Below, one piece after another: positions 42,171 to 52,834 of a stretch of DNA of 64,000 nucleotides. The position numbers and the translations under genes are program-made. How positions within the stretch are numbered: the stretch's first letter is position 1; every line of letters starts with the position of its first letter. A model generated the notes under the pieces. It saw only the letters and a program-made list of their open reading frames with translations, had not been told where the DNA came from and made no database searches. This DNA is from Tagaea sp. (lineage in GTDB: Bacteria > Pseudomonadota > Alphaproteobacteria > CACIAM-22H2): positions 1,152,001 through 1,216,000 of the forward strand of contig CBDIIB010000004.1 of assembly GCA_965279525.1 (NCBI GenBank). Reading direction: 5' to 3'.

Positions 42171-43349
42171 ATGACCGAGTCCTACGATGTCGTCATCGCG
42201 GGCGGTGCCGCGATCGGCGGGTCCGTCGCCTATCATCTTGCGGCCGATCCGGCCTTCAAGGGCTCCGTGCTCGTGCTCGAGCCCGACCCCACCTATGCGC
42301 GCGCGGCAAGCGCGCTATCGGCCGCGTCGATCCGCCAGCAGTTTTCCAGTGCCGTGAACATCCGCATATCGCTGTTCGGCATCGGCTTCCTGCGCGCCAT
42401 CGGCGAGACGCTGGCGGTCGACGGCGAGCGGCCGGAGATCGGACTCCACGAGGGCGGCTACCTGTTCCTCGCCACGCCGGCGGGTGCCTCGATCCTTGCC
42501 GAAAACCACGCGCTGCAGACGGCCCTGGGGGCGGACATCGCGCATTTCGACCCGGCGGGCCTCCAGCGGCAGTTCCCGTGGCTGGCGACCGGCGACCTTG
42601 CCGGCGGCTGCTGGGGCCGGACCGGCGAGGGCTGGTTCGACGGCTACGGCCTCGTGCAGGCATTCCGGCGCAAGGCGCGTTCGCTGGGCGCCACGTACCG
42701 CAAGGCGGGCCTTGCGCGCATCGAGATGCGGGATGGCCGCGCCGAGATGCTGGTCCTCGACGACGGATCGAGAATTTCGTGCGGCACGCTGGTGATCGCG
42801 GCGGGCACCAGTGCACGCGACCTCGTGCGCCAGACCGGCTTCGACATCCCGGTCCATGCGAAAAAGCGGATGATCTTCACGTTCGAGTGCCGCGAGAAGC
42901 TCGAAGGATTTCCGCTGATGATCGACCCCACCGGCGTCTATTGCCGGCCCGAAGGGGCAGGCTTCATCGGCGGCTCGGCCCCGCCGCCCGATGCGGACCC
43001 GGACGCGACCGATTTCGACGTCGAGCACGGCTTCTTCGACGACGTGGTGTGGCCGGCCCTTGCCGCGCGCGTGCCCGCCTTCGAGGCGATCCGGCCCGGC
43101 CGGGCGTGGGCCGGGCATTACGACATGAACCTGTTCGACCACAACGCGCTCGTCGGCCCCGTTCCGGGGACCGCCAACGTGCATCTGGCCAATGGGTTTT
43201 CCGGGCACGGGCTGCAGCAATGCCCGGCGGTCGGCCGCTATATCGCGGAAACCATCGTCGACGGGCGTTTCCGCACGCTCGACCTTGCCGAACTCGATCC
43301 CGGGCGGCTCGCGGCGAACCGCCCGGTCATCGAGAAGAACGTCGTCTGA
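42171..43349 (+). CDS. FAD-dependent oxidoreductase (DAO/sarcosine oxidase, FOXRED1-like)
   Basis: DVVIAGGAAIG, SIRQQFS, EGWFD, AWAGHYD, GFSGHGLQQ. Confidence 0.88.
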   Translation: MTESYDVVIAGGAAIGGSVAYHLAADPAFKGSVLVLEPDPTYARAASALSAASIRQQFSSAVNIRISLFGIGFLRAIGETLAVDGERPEIGLHEGGYLFLATPAGASILAENHALQTALGADIAHFDPAGLQRQFPWLATGDLAGGCWGRTGEGWFDGYGLVQAFRRKARSLGATYRKAGLARIEMRDGRAEMLVLDDGSRISCGTLVIAAGTSARDLVRQTGFDIPVHAKKRMIFTFECREKLEGFPLMIDPTGVYCRPEGAGFIGGSAPPPDADPDATDFDVEHGFFDDVVWPALAARVPAFEAIRPGRAWAGHYDMNLFDHNALVGPVPGTANVHLANGFSGHGLQQCPAVGRYIAETIVDGRFRTLDLAELDPGRLAANRPVIEKNVV

Positions 43350-43358
43350 CGCCCTCGC

Positions 43359-44954
43359 CTACTTCTTCATCTTGATGAAGCGCAGCTCGACGTCTTCCTG
43401 GACGCGCATGTTGAACTCCGCGACCGTGTCGAGCACGCCCATCACCTGCGGCTCCTGGTGGATGGGCACCATCGGCACGTCGTCGACGATCAGCTGCAGC
43501 GCCTGCTTGGCCAGCGCGTTGCGGGTCGTGGGGTTGGTCTCGACCGCGATGCGGTCACGCAGCGATTCGACCTGGGGGTTCGAATACTTGCCCCAGTTGA
43601 ACGTGCCCGCCCCGCCCGTCATCGTCAGCAGCTCGCGCAGCGGGTTCGAGATGTCGAAGTTCCCCGGCGTCCAGCCCAGCATGTAGAACTGGAACTGGCC
43701 GTTCTGCCCGGCCGGGATGAACTGCGAGAAGTTCATCGCGTTGAGCCGCACCGTGATGCCCACGCGCGCCAGCATCGGCACGATGGCCGTGCAGATCGCC
43801 TCGTCGTTGATGTAGCGGTTGTTGGGGCAGTGCAGCGTGAACGTGAAGCCGTTGGGATAGCCTGCGTCCGTCAGCAGCTTCTTGGCGGCATCCGGATCGA
43901 ACGGGATGCGCGCGTTGAGGCCGGCGTCGAAGCCCTGCACCTGCGGGGCGAGCGGCAGGCCGGTCACCTGGCCGAAACCGCGCATGACGACGCGGCTGAT
44001 GCCGACCATGTCGATCGCCTGGTAGATCGCCTTGCGCACGCGCACGTCGCGCAGCGGGTTCTTCATGCCGGGCTGGTCGAGCACGTCCTCGCGCGCGGTA
44101 TCCATCGCGAAATAGGTCGTGCGCGCGGTCGGCCCCTGCACCACTTTCAGGCCCGCCTGCGACTGCAGGCGCTGCACGTCCTGCAGCGGGACCGGGTAGA
44201 TGAGATCGAGTTCACGCGACAGCAACGCCGCCACGCGCGTGGCCGGGTTGGCGACCGGGCGCCAGATCGCGCGCGTGATTCCGTGCGTCGCCTCGCCCCA
44301 CCAGGCGGCGTTGGGCTCGAGCACGGTGCGCTCGTCGGCCACGCGCTCGACCAGCTTGAACGGGCCGGTGCCGTTGACGTTGACGTTGCCGAAGTTCGTG
44401 TTGGCGCCGGGCTGGCCGGTGCGCACGATCGTCATCGCGTTGTTCTTCTCGATCCACGGCTTGCTCATGATGAAGAACAGCGTGAGATCCTGCAGCAGGA
44501 CCGGGTTCGGCCCCTTGGTGACGATCGTGACGGTGTTGTCGTCGACCTTCTCGATGCGCTCGACCGACACGACCGTGTAGTTCATGTCGGACGAGGCCTG
44601 GCGCACGCGTTCCCACGAGGCGACGACGTCGTCCGCGGTGAACGCCTCGCCGCCGTGGAAGCGCACGTTGCGGCGCAGGTCGAACTTCCACGTCGTCGGC
44701 GTCGTGTTTTCCCAGCGCACGGCAAGGCCGGGTTCGAGCGAACCGTCGAAGCGCCGGCGCACCAGCGGTTCGTACATGTTCGCCTTCATGGCATTCGTAA
44801 CGCCGTGGTTGTTGGCGTGCGGGTCGAGGCCGAGAATGTCATTGGCCGAACCGTAGCGGAACTGCTGGGCCTGCGACGCGGCCGGTGCGAAGGCACCGAT
44901 CGCGATGGCCGCGAGTGCTGCAAGCAGCGCCGCGCGGGGGGAACGGATTTTCAT
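43359..44954 (-). CDS. Peptide/nickel ABC transporter substrate-binding protein (DppA-like)
   Basis: Signal peptide from ATG at 44954; LDPH, PGLA, LRRNVRFH, NGTGPFKL, DVRVRKAI. Confidence 0.9.
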   Translation of the reverse strand: MKIRSPRAALLAALAAIAIGAFAPAASQAQQFRYGSANDILGLDPHANNHGVTNAMKANMYEPLVRRRFDGSLEPGLAVRWENTTPTTWKFDLRRNVRFHGGEAFTADDVVASWERVRQASSDMNYTVVSVERIEKVDDNTVTIVTKGPNPVLLQDLTLFFIMSKPWIEKNNAMTIVRTGQPGANTNFGNVNVNGTGPFKLVERVADERTVLEPNAAWWGEATHGITRAIWRPVANPATRVAALLSRELDLIYPVPLQDVQRLQSQAGLKVVQGPTARTTYFAMDTAREDVLDQPGMKNPLRDVRVRKAIYQAIDMVGISRVVMRGFGQVTGLPLAPQVQGFDAGLNARIPFDPDAAKKLLTDAGYPNGFTFTLHCPNNRYINDEAICTAIVPMLARVGITVRLNAMNFSQFIPAGQNGQFQFYMLGWTPGNFDISNPLRELLTMTGGAGTFNWGKYSNPQVESLRDRIAVETNPTTRNALAKQALQLIVDDVPMVPIHQEPQVMGVLDTVAEFNMRVQEDVELRFIKMKK

Positions 44955-45121
44955 GGGGTCGGTCTCCTCGGCGAATTCGTTTCTTTTCGCGGACGGGCCC
45001 GGGGGCAGGCCCCGTCCCATCCCTGAGCACAAAATGTGCTTTAAACGGCCCCCGGGTGGCAAGGGCCGACTGGCGTCCCGCGCGACCGGACGAGACGTCG
45101 CCTGGCCGGGGTCGAGCCGCG

Positions 45122-46639
45122 CTAGGCCGGGGTCCGGCGGCGCGCCAGGTGCTCGAACAGCAACGCTTCGAAGGCGCGTGCCTGACGGGGCGTGTCCCTT
45201 GCGGTGCGGGCGTCGAAGTCCGCTCGCGCATTCGCACGGAAACGCGCGAGGCCTTGGATATCCGCCGCCCACGCCCGCGCCGTCCCGACCAGCGATTCGT
45301 CGCTGTCATGGGCGGTGCCGGGCCGGTCGATCGCGCCCTCGAGCCAGCGGCCGATCCGCCCCAGCGGCGACGGGTACACCCGGCTCAGCACCGGCACGCC
45401 CTGATACACCGCCTCGAACAACGTCGTGCCCCCGGCGACCGGAACCGTCGCGAGCGCGATATCGATCCCGTCATAGGCGGCGAGATAATCCGGCCAGCCG
45501 CTGACGGCGCCGAACTCGATGCTTGCCGGATCGGCGCCGTGACGCACGAGGCACGCATGCACGCGCGCGCGCACGTCGGCTTCCGCCAATCCCGCATTCC
45601 CCAGGCGCAGACGCGAGCCCGGCACGGCCCGCTGTACCTTCGCCCACAGCGCAAGCGACGCCTCGCCCATCTTGTAGAGGTTCGACAGCGAGCCGAAGGT
45701 CACGTAGCCGGTCTTCAGGCAGGGCGGCGGCGATGGCGGCGGTGGCCGTTCCGGCGAAAGATTGGGGTCGTAGACGAACAGATACACTGGCAGCAGTGCC
45801 GCCTTGCCGCCATAGGCGTCGGCCTGCGCCGGCGGATAGATCGCCGCATTCCCGAACAGCAGGTCGATCGCCGGGTCAGGGCAAGGGCCCAGCATGTTCT
45901 GCCAGCTCACCTGCGCCGGGGCCGGCCGATGCAGCACCAGCAGCGGCGTAGGCCCGAGGCAGTCTCCAAGATCGACCAGCACGTCCAGATCGTAGGCCGC
46001 GAGCTGGCGTGCGGTCGCTGCGGCAGCCCCGGGCGCATCCGGCCGCGCATCGGCCTGCAACGCGAACGCGCGCAAGCCCTGCCGACGCAGCCGGTCGAGC
46101 GTCGCTTCGGGCGCATTGACGACGAAGGCGAGCACTTCCACCTTCGCCGGATCGAGTGCGCGCATCAGGGGCGTGACGAGCGCCGAATAACAGGGAATGG
46201 CGATGTCCAAGCCGAGAAACCCGACCCGCAGGGTTCCGCGCGACGGCCCGAAGGCCGTGCGCAACGGTCTGGCGCGGGTGCGCCGACGCGCCCGGGCGTA
46301 GAACCAGCCGCGCAGCGACATCAGGAAATTCTCGTCGGCGGATTCACGGTAGAGGCCGAGCTGGACCCGGAACTGGTCGAGTTGTGTCGAGTCCGTCGCC
46401 GCACATATCTCGCCCGACAGTTCCCAGGCACGCTCGATGTCGCCGATATCCCGAAGCGCCAGTGCTTGATGGTACATCGCGTCGATGCGCACCGCAGGCG
46501 ACCGGGCCTGTGCCGCCGCGCGTGCCAGCGCTTCGGCCGCGGCCACCATTCCGCCATGCGCGCGGATCCGGGCGGCAAGATCTCCCAGACTGGCACCGTC
46601 GGGCAGCGACCGGGAAATTCGGGGTGAATCTCGATTCAT
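45122..46639 (-). CDS. GT41 (OGT/SPINDLY-like) glycosyltransferase with short TPR-like N-terminus
   Basis: VTFGSLSNLYK, LWAKVQRAVPGSRL, IDIAL, GGTTLFEAVYQGVPV; start codon uncertain. Confidence 0.8.
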   Translation of the reverse strand: MNRDSPRISRSLPDGASLGDLAARIRAHGGMVAAAEALARAAAQARSPAVRIDAMYHQALALRDIGDIERAWELSGEICAATDSTQLDQFRVQLGLYRESADENFLMSLRGWFYARARRRTRARPLRTAFGPSRGTLRVGFLGLDIAIPCYSALVTPLMRALDPAKVEVLAFVVNAPEATLDRLRRQGLRAFALQADARPDAPGAAAATARQLAAYDLDVLVDLGDCLGPTPLLVLHRPAPAQVSWQNMLGPCPDPAIDLLFGNAAIYPPAQADAYGGKAALLPVYLFVYDPNLSPERPPPPSPPPCLKTGYVTFGSLSNLYKMGEASLALWAKVQRAVPGSRLRLGNAGLAEADVRARVHACLVRHGADPASIEFGAVSGWPDYLAAYDGIDIALATVPVAGGTTLFEAVYQGVPVLSRVYPSPLGRIGRWLEGAIDRPGTAHDSDESLVGTARAWAADIQGLARFRANARADFDARTARDTPRQARAFEALLFEHLARRRTPA

Positions 46640-46695
46640 GCCCCGCGACTATGATAGCTTGGCCGCGTACTACGCGAGCTGGAGAGAAAATCCAC

Positions 46696-48216
46696 ATGAC
46701 CGCCATCCCCCGCACCATCCGCCTCAACGCGAGCGACAATCTGGTCGTCGCGGTCGACACGATCCCGCCGGGGGCCGACATCCACGGCGTCAAGGCGGCC
46801 GCGCGTATCATGAAAGGCCACAAGATGGCCATCGCCCCCATCGCCGAGGGCGAGGCGGTGCGCAAGTTCGGCCAGGTCATCGGCTTCGCGCACGGCGCCA
46901 TCGCACCGGGCGAGCACATCCACACGCACAACTGCGATTTCAAGCAGTTCGCGCGCGACTATCATTTTGCCGAGGACGCGAAGCCCTATGCCCCGCTGCC
47001 CGTTTCCGAGCGCGCGACCTTCCAAGGCTATCGCCGCGCCGACGGGCGGGCGGGTACCCGCAACTATATCGGCATCCTCACCTCGGTTAACTGCTCGGCG
47101 TCGGCCGCGCGGTTCATGGCGGAAGCCGTGCAGCGCTCGGGCATCCTTGCCGACTATCCCAATGTCGACGGCGTCGTGTCGTTCGTCCACGGGACGGGCT
47201 GCGGCATGGCGTCGAAGGGCGAGGGCTTCGACGTGCTCAAGCGCACGCAGTGGGGCTATGCGACCAACCCGAACGTGGGTGGCGTGCTGCTCGTCGGGCT
47301 GGGCTGCGAGGTCTTCCAGATCGACGAGATGAAGCGCGCCTACGGAATCGTCGATGGCGATTTCTTCCAGTCGATGACGATCCAGGACACCGGCGGGACG
47401 CGCAAGACGATCGAACAGGGCGTGGAGCGCATCAAGACGATGCTCCCGCTCGTCAACAAGGCGAAGCGCGAGACGATCCCGGCAAGCGAACTGATGCTGG
47501 CGCTGCAGTGCGGCGGCTCGGACGGCTATTCGGGCATCACGGCCAACCCGGCGCTGGGTTCGGCGGTCGACCTGCTGGTCAAGCACGGGGGTACTGCGAT
47601 CCTGTCCGAGACGCCGGAGATCTACGGGGCCGAACACCTTCTCACGCGGCGCGCGCAGACGCGCGAGGTCGGCGAGAAGCTGATCGAGATCATCCGCTGG
47701 TGGGAGGAATACACCAAGCGCAACGACGGCTCGATGGACAACAACCCCTCGCCCGGCAACAAGGCCGGTGGCCTCACGACCATTCTCGAAAAATCGCTGG
47801 GGGCGGCGGCCAAGGGCGGCACCACGACGCTGCGCGGCGTCTTCCGCTATGCCGAGCGCGTCGACACCAAGGGCTTCGTGTTCATGGACACGCCGGGCTA
47901 CGACCCGACCTCGGCCACCGGCCAGGTCGCGGGCGGGGCCAACGTGCTGTGCTTCACGACGGGCCGCGGCTCGGCGTACGGCTGCAAGCCGACGCCGTCG
48001 ATCAAGCTTGCCACCAACACCGACATCTACCAGCGCATGATCGAGGACATGGACATCAACTGCGGCGACATCGTCGACGGCGTTTCGGTCGAGGCGAAGG
48101 GCAAGGAGATCTTCGAGCACATCCTGCGCATCGCGTCGGGCGAACGCTCGAAGTCCGAGCAGCTCGGCTACGGCGACAACGAATTCGTGCCCTGGCAGAT
48201 CGGCGCGACGATGTGA
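46696..48216 (+). CDS. UxaA/GarD-family sugar-acid (altronate/galactarate) dehydratase
   Basis: N-terminal SAF domain (GHKMA, GEHIHTHN), GTRNYI, CGGSDGYSGITANPALG, FTTGRGS. Confidence 0.92.
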   Translation: MTAIPRTIRLNASDNLVVAVDTIPPGADIHGVKAAARIMKGHKMAIAPIAEGEAVRKFGQVIGFAHGAIAPGEHIHTHNCDFKQFARDYHFAEDAKPYAPLPVSERATFQGYRRADGRAGTRNYIGILTSVNCSASAARFMAEAVQRSGILADYPNVDGVVSFVHGTGCGMASKGEGFDVLKRTQWGYATNPNVGGVLLVGLGCEVFQIDEMKRAYGIVDGDFFQSMTIQDTGGTRKTIEQGVERIKTMLPLVNKAKRETIPASELMLALQCGGSDGYSGITANPALGSAVDLLVKHGGTAILSETPEIYGAEHLLTRRAQTREVGEKLIEIIRWWEEYTKRNDGSMDNNPSPGNKAGGLTTILEKSLGAAAKGGTTTLRGVFRYAERVDTKGFVFMDTPGYDPTSATGQVAGGANVLCFTTGRGSAYGCKPTPSIKLATNTDIYQRMIEDMDINCGDIVDGVSVEAKGKEIFEHILRIASGERSKSEQLGYGDNEFVPWQIGATM

Positions 48217-48230
48217 GGGTTGCGCCGGCT

Positions 48231-48245
48231 TTAACTCCACATTAA
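48231..48245 (+). promoter_or_regulatory. CtrA-binding box upstream of MCP 1
   Basis: TTAA-CTCCACA-TTAA (TTAA-N7-TTAA). Confidence 0.7.
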
Positions 48246-48326
48246 TTGCATAACGCGCATCTTCCGGGCGTGCCGGTTTGGACTTTCCGCCGGCGCCAAT
48301 GCTGAGTCCCCCCGGAGGAATGCCCG

Positions 48327-49994
48327 ATGACGATTCGCTCGAAACTCATTGCCGCGATGGCCCTGCTCGCGCTCGCGATCATCGCATCGTCCGCAAGTGG
48401 CTGGATTTCCGGCGGAATCGCCGGCGACGGCATGAAGACGGTCTATGCCGACCGGGTCATCCCGATGCGCGACCTGAAGACGATCGCCGATGCCTACGCG
48501 GTCAATATCGTCGATACGGCGCACAAGGTTCGGAACGGCAACATCGAGTGGGCTGCCGGCACGAAGAATGTCGACGAAGCGCGAAAGACATTGGATCAGG
48601 TCTGGAAGGCCTATTCCGATACCGCGATGGATGACCGCGAGCGCCAGCTCGCCACCACCGCACGCCGCGCGATGACGCAAGCCGACACGATCGTCGCCGG
48701 TCTCGCCGCCGCCATCGCCGCCAAGGACGCCGCCAAGCTCGACGACATCGTCAAGCGCCAGCTCTATGCCGCGATCGATCCGGTCTCCGAGGCGATCGAC
48801 AAACTCGTCATTCTCCAGCAGGACGAGGCCAAGGCGGTCTATGACCAGACATCGGTCGCCTTCGGCATTTCCCGCACCGTGATGATCGCGGTGATCCTCG
48901 CCGCGATCGGCGTCATCGTGTTCGCGCTCTATACGGTCATCCACGGCGTCAGCGGGCCGCTGGGCGCCATGACGGGTGCCATGACCACACTTGCAGCCGG
49001 CGACCTGACGGTCGAGATCCCCGGCCGCACCAAGACCGACGAGATCGGCCAGATGGCCAAGGCCGTGCAAGTCTTCAAGGACAGCATGATCGAGACCGAA
49101 CGGCTCCGCGCCGAGCAGGCCGCCGAGCAGCAGCGCCAGCTTGACCGCGCCAAGCGCATCGAGACCAGCGTCGGCCGCTTCGAGAATGCCGTCGGCGAGG
49201 TCGTCAAGACCGTCGCCGCCGCGTCGACCGAACTCCAGGCGACGGCGCAGGCGATGGCAGGTACTGCCGAAGAGACGACGCGCCAGGCGACGGCCGTCGC
49301 CGCCGCATCCGAACAGGCGACGCAGAACGTTCAGACCGTCGCCTCGGCGACCGAGGAACTGAGTGCTTCGATCAGCGAGATCAGCAAGCAGGTGACCGAT
49401 TCCAACCGCATGACCGCCGACGCCGCGGCCCAGGCGCGCGCCAGCAACGACCAGGTCCTGAGCCTCGATGCGGCGGCGCAGAAGATCGGCGACGTGGTCA
49501 AGATCATCAACGGCATCGCCGGGCAGACGAACCTGCTGGCGCTCAACGCGACGATCGAGGCGGCGCGCGCCGGCGAAGCCGGCAAGGGCTTCGCGGTCGT
49601 CGCCTCCGAGGTGAAGGCGCTGGCCAACCAGACGGCCAAGGCGACCGAAGAGATCGGCGCCCAGATCCGCGCGATCCAGGAAGCCACGCAAAGCTCGGTC
49701 CAGTCGATCCAGGGCATCACCTCGACGATCGACCGGGTCAACGAGACCGCGACCGCCATCGCCTCGGCGGTCGAAGAACAGGGGGCGGCAACGCAGGAGA
49801 TCGCGCGCAACGTGGCGCAGGCGGCCCAAGGCACCCAGGAAGTGTCGCGCAACATCGCCGGCGTCAACGAGGCGGCGGGCCAGACCGGAACGGCCGCAGG
49901 CCAGGTGCTGGAATCCTCGGACGAGCTCAGCAGGAACAGCGAAGCCCTGCGCCAGCAGGTCGATGCGTTCCTGCGCGAGGTGCGCGCCGCATAG
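48327..49994 (+). CDS. Methyl-accepting chemotaxis protein (4-helix sensor, HAMP, MCP signal)
   Basis: Two TM segments, [41 protein letters not shown]. Confidence 0.96.
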   Translation: MTIRSKLIAAMALLALAIIASSASGWISGGIAGDGMKTVYADRVIPMRDLKTIADAYAVNIVDTAHKVRNGNIEWAAGTKNVDEARKTLDQVWKAYSDTAMDDRERQLATTARRAMTQADTIVAGLAAAIAAKDAAKLDDIVKRQLYAAIDPVSEAIDKLVILQQDEAKAVYDQTSVAFGISRTVMIAVILAAIGVIVFALYTVIHGVSGPLGAMTGAMTTLAAGDLTVEIPGRTKTDEIGQMAKAVQVFKDSMIETERLRAEQAAEQQRQLDRAKRIETSVGRFENAVGEVVKTVAAASTELQATAQAMAGTAEETTRQATAVAAASEQATQNVQTVASATEELSASISEISKQVTDSNRMTADAAAQARASNDQVLSLDAAAQKIGDVVKIINGIAGQTNLLALNATIEAARAGEAGKGFAVVASEVKALANQTAKATEEIGAQIRAIQEATQSSVQSIQGITSTIDRVNETATAIASAVEEQGAATQEIARNVAQAAQGTQEVSRNIAGVNEAAGQTGTAAGQVLESSDELSRNSEALRQQVDAFLREVRAA

Positions 49995-50058
49995 CGGGCG
50001 AACGATGCAAGCCAGTGTGAACTGATGTTGAGAACTAAATACTAATGTAGGCATAAAT

Positions 50059-50073
50059 TTAACGTCGCCTTAA
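50059..50073 (+). promoter_or_regulatory. CtrA-binding box upstream of MCP 2
   Basis: TTAA-CGTCGCC-TTAA. Confidence 0.7.
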
Positions 50074-50162
50074 ATGCAGGCATTCCATGATCGCGTCGGT
50101 GATCGCTCCGTCAGACGGGCGGCGCGACACGGAAGCGGACCTGCATTCGAGGGAGACGTCCG

Positions 50163-51830
50163 ATGACGATACGCGCACGACTGATCGCGGCCATGGCACT
50201 GCTCGCACTCGCGATCGCCGCCGCCGCCACGTCCGGCTGGGTTTCCGGGGGAATCGCCGGAGCTGGCATGAAAGCGGTCTACAACGACCGCGTGGTGCCA
50301 CTGCGCGAACTCAAGACCATCGCCGACGCCTATGCGGTCAACATCGTCGACGCGGCGCACAAGGTACGCAACGGCAACTTCGACTGGCCGACCGGCGCCA
50401 CCAGCGTCGACGATGCCCGCAAGATCATCGCGCAGACCTGGCAGGTCTATGCCGCGCGCCCGATGGACGATCGAGAGCGCGAAGTCGGCGTTGCCGCCCG
50501 CCGCATCATGACCGACGCGGACCGGATGGTCGTCTCGCTGGTCGAAGCGCTCAACGCCAAAGATGCCGGAAAACTCGATACGATCGTCAAGCAGCAGCTC
50601 TACGCGACGATCGATCCGGTATCCGAAGCGCTCGAGAAACTCGTGATCCTCCAGCAGGAGGAAGCCAAGGCGCTCTACGAGCGCACGTCGGGCGCGTTTG
50701 ACGTGTCGCGCATCGTCATCCTCGGCGTGGTGGCACTCGCGGCCATTGCCATCGCCTTCTCCCTCCTGACGGTGATCCGGGGTGTCAGCCGGCCGCTGCG
50801 CGCGATGGCCGACGCGATGGCCACGCTCGCGCGCGGGGATCTCGCGATCGAGGTGCCCGCACTTGCCAAGAAGGACGAGATCGGCGAGATGGCGAAATCG
50901 GTCCAGGTCTTCAAGGACAGCATGGTCGAGGCCGAGCGCCTGCGCGCCGACCAGGCCGAAGAGCAGCACCACCAGATCGACCGCGCCAAGCGGATCGAAG
51001 GCAGCGTGGCGCGTTTCGAGGCGGCGATCGGCCAGATCGTCAAGTCGGTCGCGACGGCGTCGTCCGGGCTGCAGACGACGGCGCAGGCGATGGCGGGCAC
51101 GGCCGAGGAGACGACGCGCCAGTCCACCGCCGTCGCGGCCGCCTCCGAGCAGGCGACGCAGAACGTGCAGACCGTCGCTTCGGCGACCGAGGAACTCAGC
51201 GCCTCGATCCGCGAGATCGCGAAGCAGGTCAGCGAGTCGAACCAGATGACGGGCGATGCCGCCGAGCAGGCGCGCGCCAGCAACACGCAGGTCCAGAGCC
51301 TCGATGCTGCCGCCCAGAAGATCGGCGACGTCGTCAAGATCATCAACGACATCGCCAGCCAGACGAACCTGCTGGCGCTCAACGCCACGATCGAGGCCGC
51401 GCGCGCCGGCGAGGCCGGCAAGGGTTTCGCGGTCGTCGCCTCGGAAGTGAAGACGCTGGCCAACCAGACGGCCAAGGCGACCGAGGAGATCGCCGCCCAG
51501 ATCCGCGCGATCCAGGAAGCCACGCAAAGCTCGGTCCAGTCGATCCAGGGCATCACTTCGACGATCGACCGGGTCAACGAGACGGCCGGCGCCATCGCCG
51601 CCGCCGTCGAGGAACAGGGGGCGGCAACGCAGGAGATCGCGCGCAACGTGGCGCAGGCGGCCCAAGGCACGCAGGAAGTGTCGCGCAACATCGCCGGCGT
51701 CAACACCGCCGCCGGACAGACCGGTGCTGCCGCCGGACAGGTGCTGAAATCGTCGGGCGAACTCGGCCTCAACAGCGAGGCGCTGCACCGGGAAGTCGAC
51801 GCGTTCCTGCGCGAGGTCCGCGCCGCCTAG
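50163..51830 (+). CDS. Methyl-accepting chemotaxis protein, tandem paralog of 48327-49994
   Basis: Same 555-aa length and architecture. Confidence 0.96.
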   Translation: MTIRARLIAAMALLALAIAAAATSGWVSGGIAGAGMKAVYNDRVVPLRELKTIADAYAVNIVDAAHKVRNGNFDWPTGATSVDDARKIIAQTWQVYAARPMDDREREVGVAARRIMTDADRMVVSLVEALNAKDAGKLDTIVKQQLYATIDPVSEALEKLVILQQEEAKALYERTSGAFDVSRIVILGVVALAAIAIAFSLLTVIRGVSRPLRAMADAMATLARGDLAIEVPALAKKDEIGEMAKSVQVFKDSMVEAERLRADQAEEQHHQIDRAKRIEGSVARFEAAIGQIVKSVATASSGLQTTAQAMAGTAEETTRQSTAVAAASEQATQNVQTVASATEELSASIREIAKQVSESNQMTGDAAEQARASNTQVQSLDAAAQKIGDVVKIINDIASQTNLLALNATIEAARAGEAGKGFAVVASEVKTLANQTAKATEEIAAQIRAIQEATQSSVQSIQGITSTIDRVNETAGAIAAAVEEQGAATQEIARNVAQAAQGTQEVSRNIAGVNTAAGQTGAAAGQVLKSSGELGLNSEALHREVDAFLREVRAA

Positions 51831-52726
51831 CCCTGACGCTCGAAGCCGCGCGCTTCGGCGACGATCCACCGGCTCAGGGTCTCGACGCCGGGCGCCGGTT
51901 CCTTGGCGCGCACGATGTAATAGGCCGAAGCACTGTCGATCTCGAGGCCGGCGGGCACCACGAGGGCACCCTTGGCCAGTTCCTCGCGCACGAAGCACGT
52001 CGCCACCAGCCCCACGCCGAGACCGGCACAGGCCGATCGCACGATCAGCGACATGTAGCCGTAGCGCACCGTGTGCGCCGGGACCGCCCCGCGCAGCCCG
52101 TGCGCCTCGGTGAATTCGGCCCACAGGCCGGGCATCTGGAAATGCTGCAGCAGCGTGGCGCGCTGCACGTCGCGCGCGGCCGCGATCCCGCCGATGCGCG
52201 CGAGATAGCCGGGCGACGCCACCAGCGCCACGCGCTTTCCCATCAGGTAGTCGACGCGGCTGTCCGCCCAGTCGCCGTTGCCGTAGCGAAGATCGATGTC
52301 GGGCGCTTCGGACGCGTCCTCCGAGATGAAGTTCGTGAACTGCACGTCGGTCTCGGGGTGGCGCTGGGCGAAGGCCGGAAAGCGGTCGAGCAGCCAGCGC
52401 TCGCCCAGGATCGCCTGCATGTGCAGGCGTACGGGCCGGTTGGTCGCCGCACTCTCGCGTACGCGCACCTTCCCGACGGTCATCTGTTCGAGGGCCGCGC
52501 GCGCATAGGGCAGATACACCTCGCCGGCATGCGTCAGCGCCAGCCCCCGGCCGGTGCGCCGGAACAGCGCCATGCCCACGGCCCCTTCCAGCGCCTTCAG
52601 CCGCTTGGAAACCGCACTCTGCGTGAGATTGCTGGCGCGTGCGGCGGCAGCCGTCGAGCCGCGCTCGGCGACGGCGAGCAGCAGTTGCAGCGAAGCGGTG
52701 GTCGGCAGGCGGGTAGCGGGCGGCAT
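51827..52726 (-). CDS. LysR-family (GcvA-like) transcriptional regulator
   Basis: [29 protein letters not shown]; [11 protein letters not shown]. Confidence 0.92.
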   Translation of the reverse strand: MPPATRLPTTASLQLLLAVAERGSTAAAARASNLTQSAVSKRLKALEGAVGMALFRRTGRGLALTHAGEVYLPYARAALEQMTVGKVRVRESAATNRPVRLHMQAILGERWLLDRFPAFAQRHPETDVQFTNFISEDASEAPDIDLRYGNGDWADSRVDYLMGKRVALVASPGYLARIGGIAAARDVQRATLLQHFQMPGLWAEFTEAHGLRGAVPAHTVRYGYMSLIVRSACAGLGVGLVATCFVREELAKGALVVPAGLEIDSASAYYIVRAKEPAPGVETLSRWIVAEARGFERQG

Positions 52727-52771
52727 CGCGCTACGATAGTCCGATATGGAATATCATGCGAATTCTTTTCG

Positions 52772-52788
52772 TTGGCATGGCGCGTGCT
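52772..52788 (+). promoter_or_regulatory. Possible sigma54 (-24/-12) promoter
   Basis: TTGGCATGGCGCGTGCT = GG-N10-GC, one mismatch to TGGCAYG-N4-TTGCW. Confidence 0.4.
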
Positions 52789-52834
52789 GCTTGGCCACGC
52801 TGGGATCGGCACAACGCGCATTCCGGAGGGTGGC

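Noticed and set aside
45027-45039. GCAC-N5-GTGC dyad as NtrC site
   Set aside because: Spacing does not match GCAC-N7-GTGC
52727-52834. Guanidine riboswitch upstream of the lyase/ureohydrolase operon
   Set aside because: No ykkC-like or paired ACGR-loop hairpin pattern recognisable by eye; region is short
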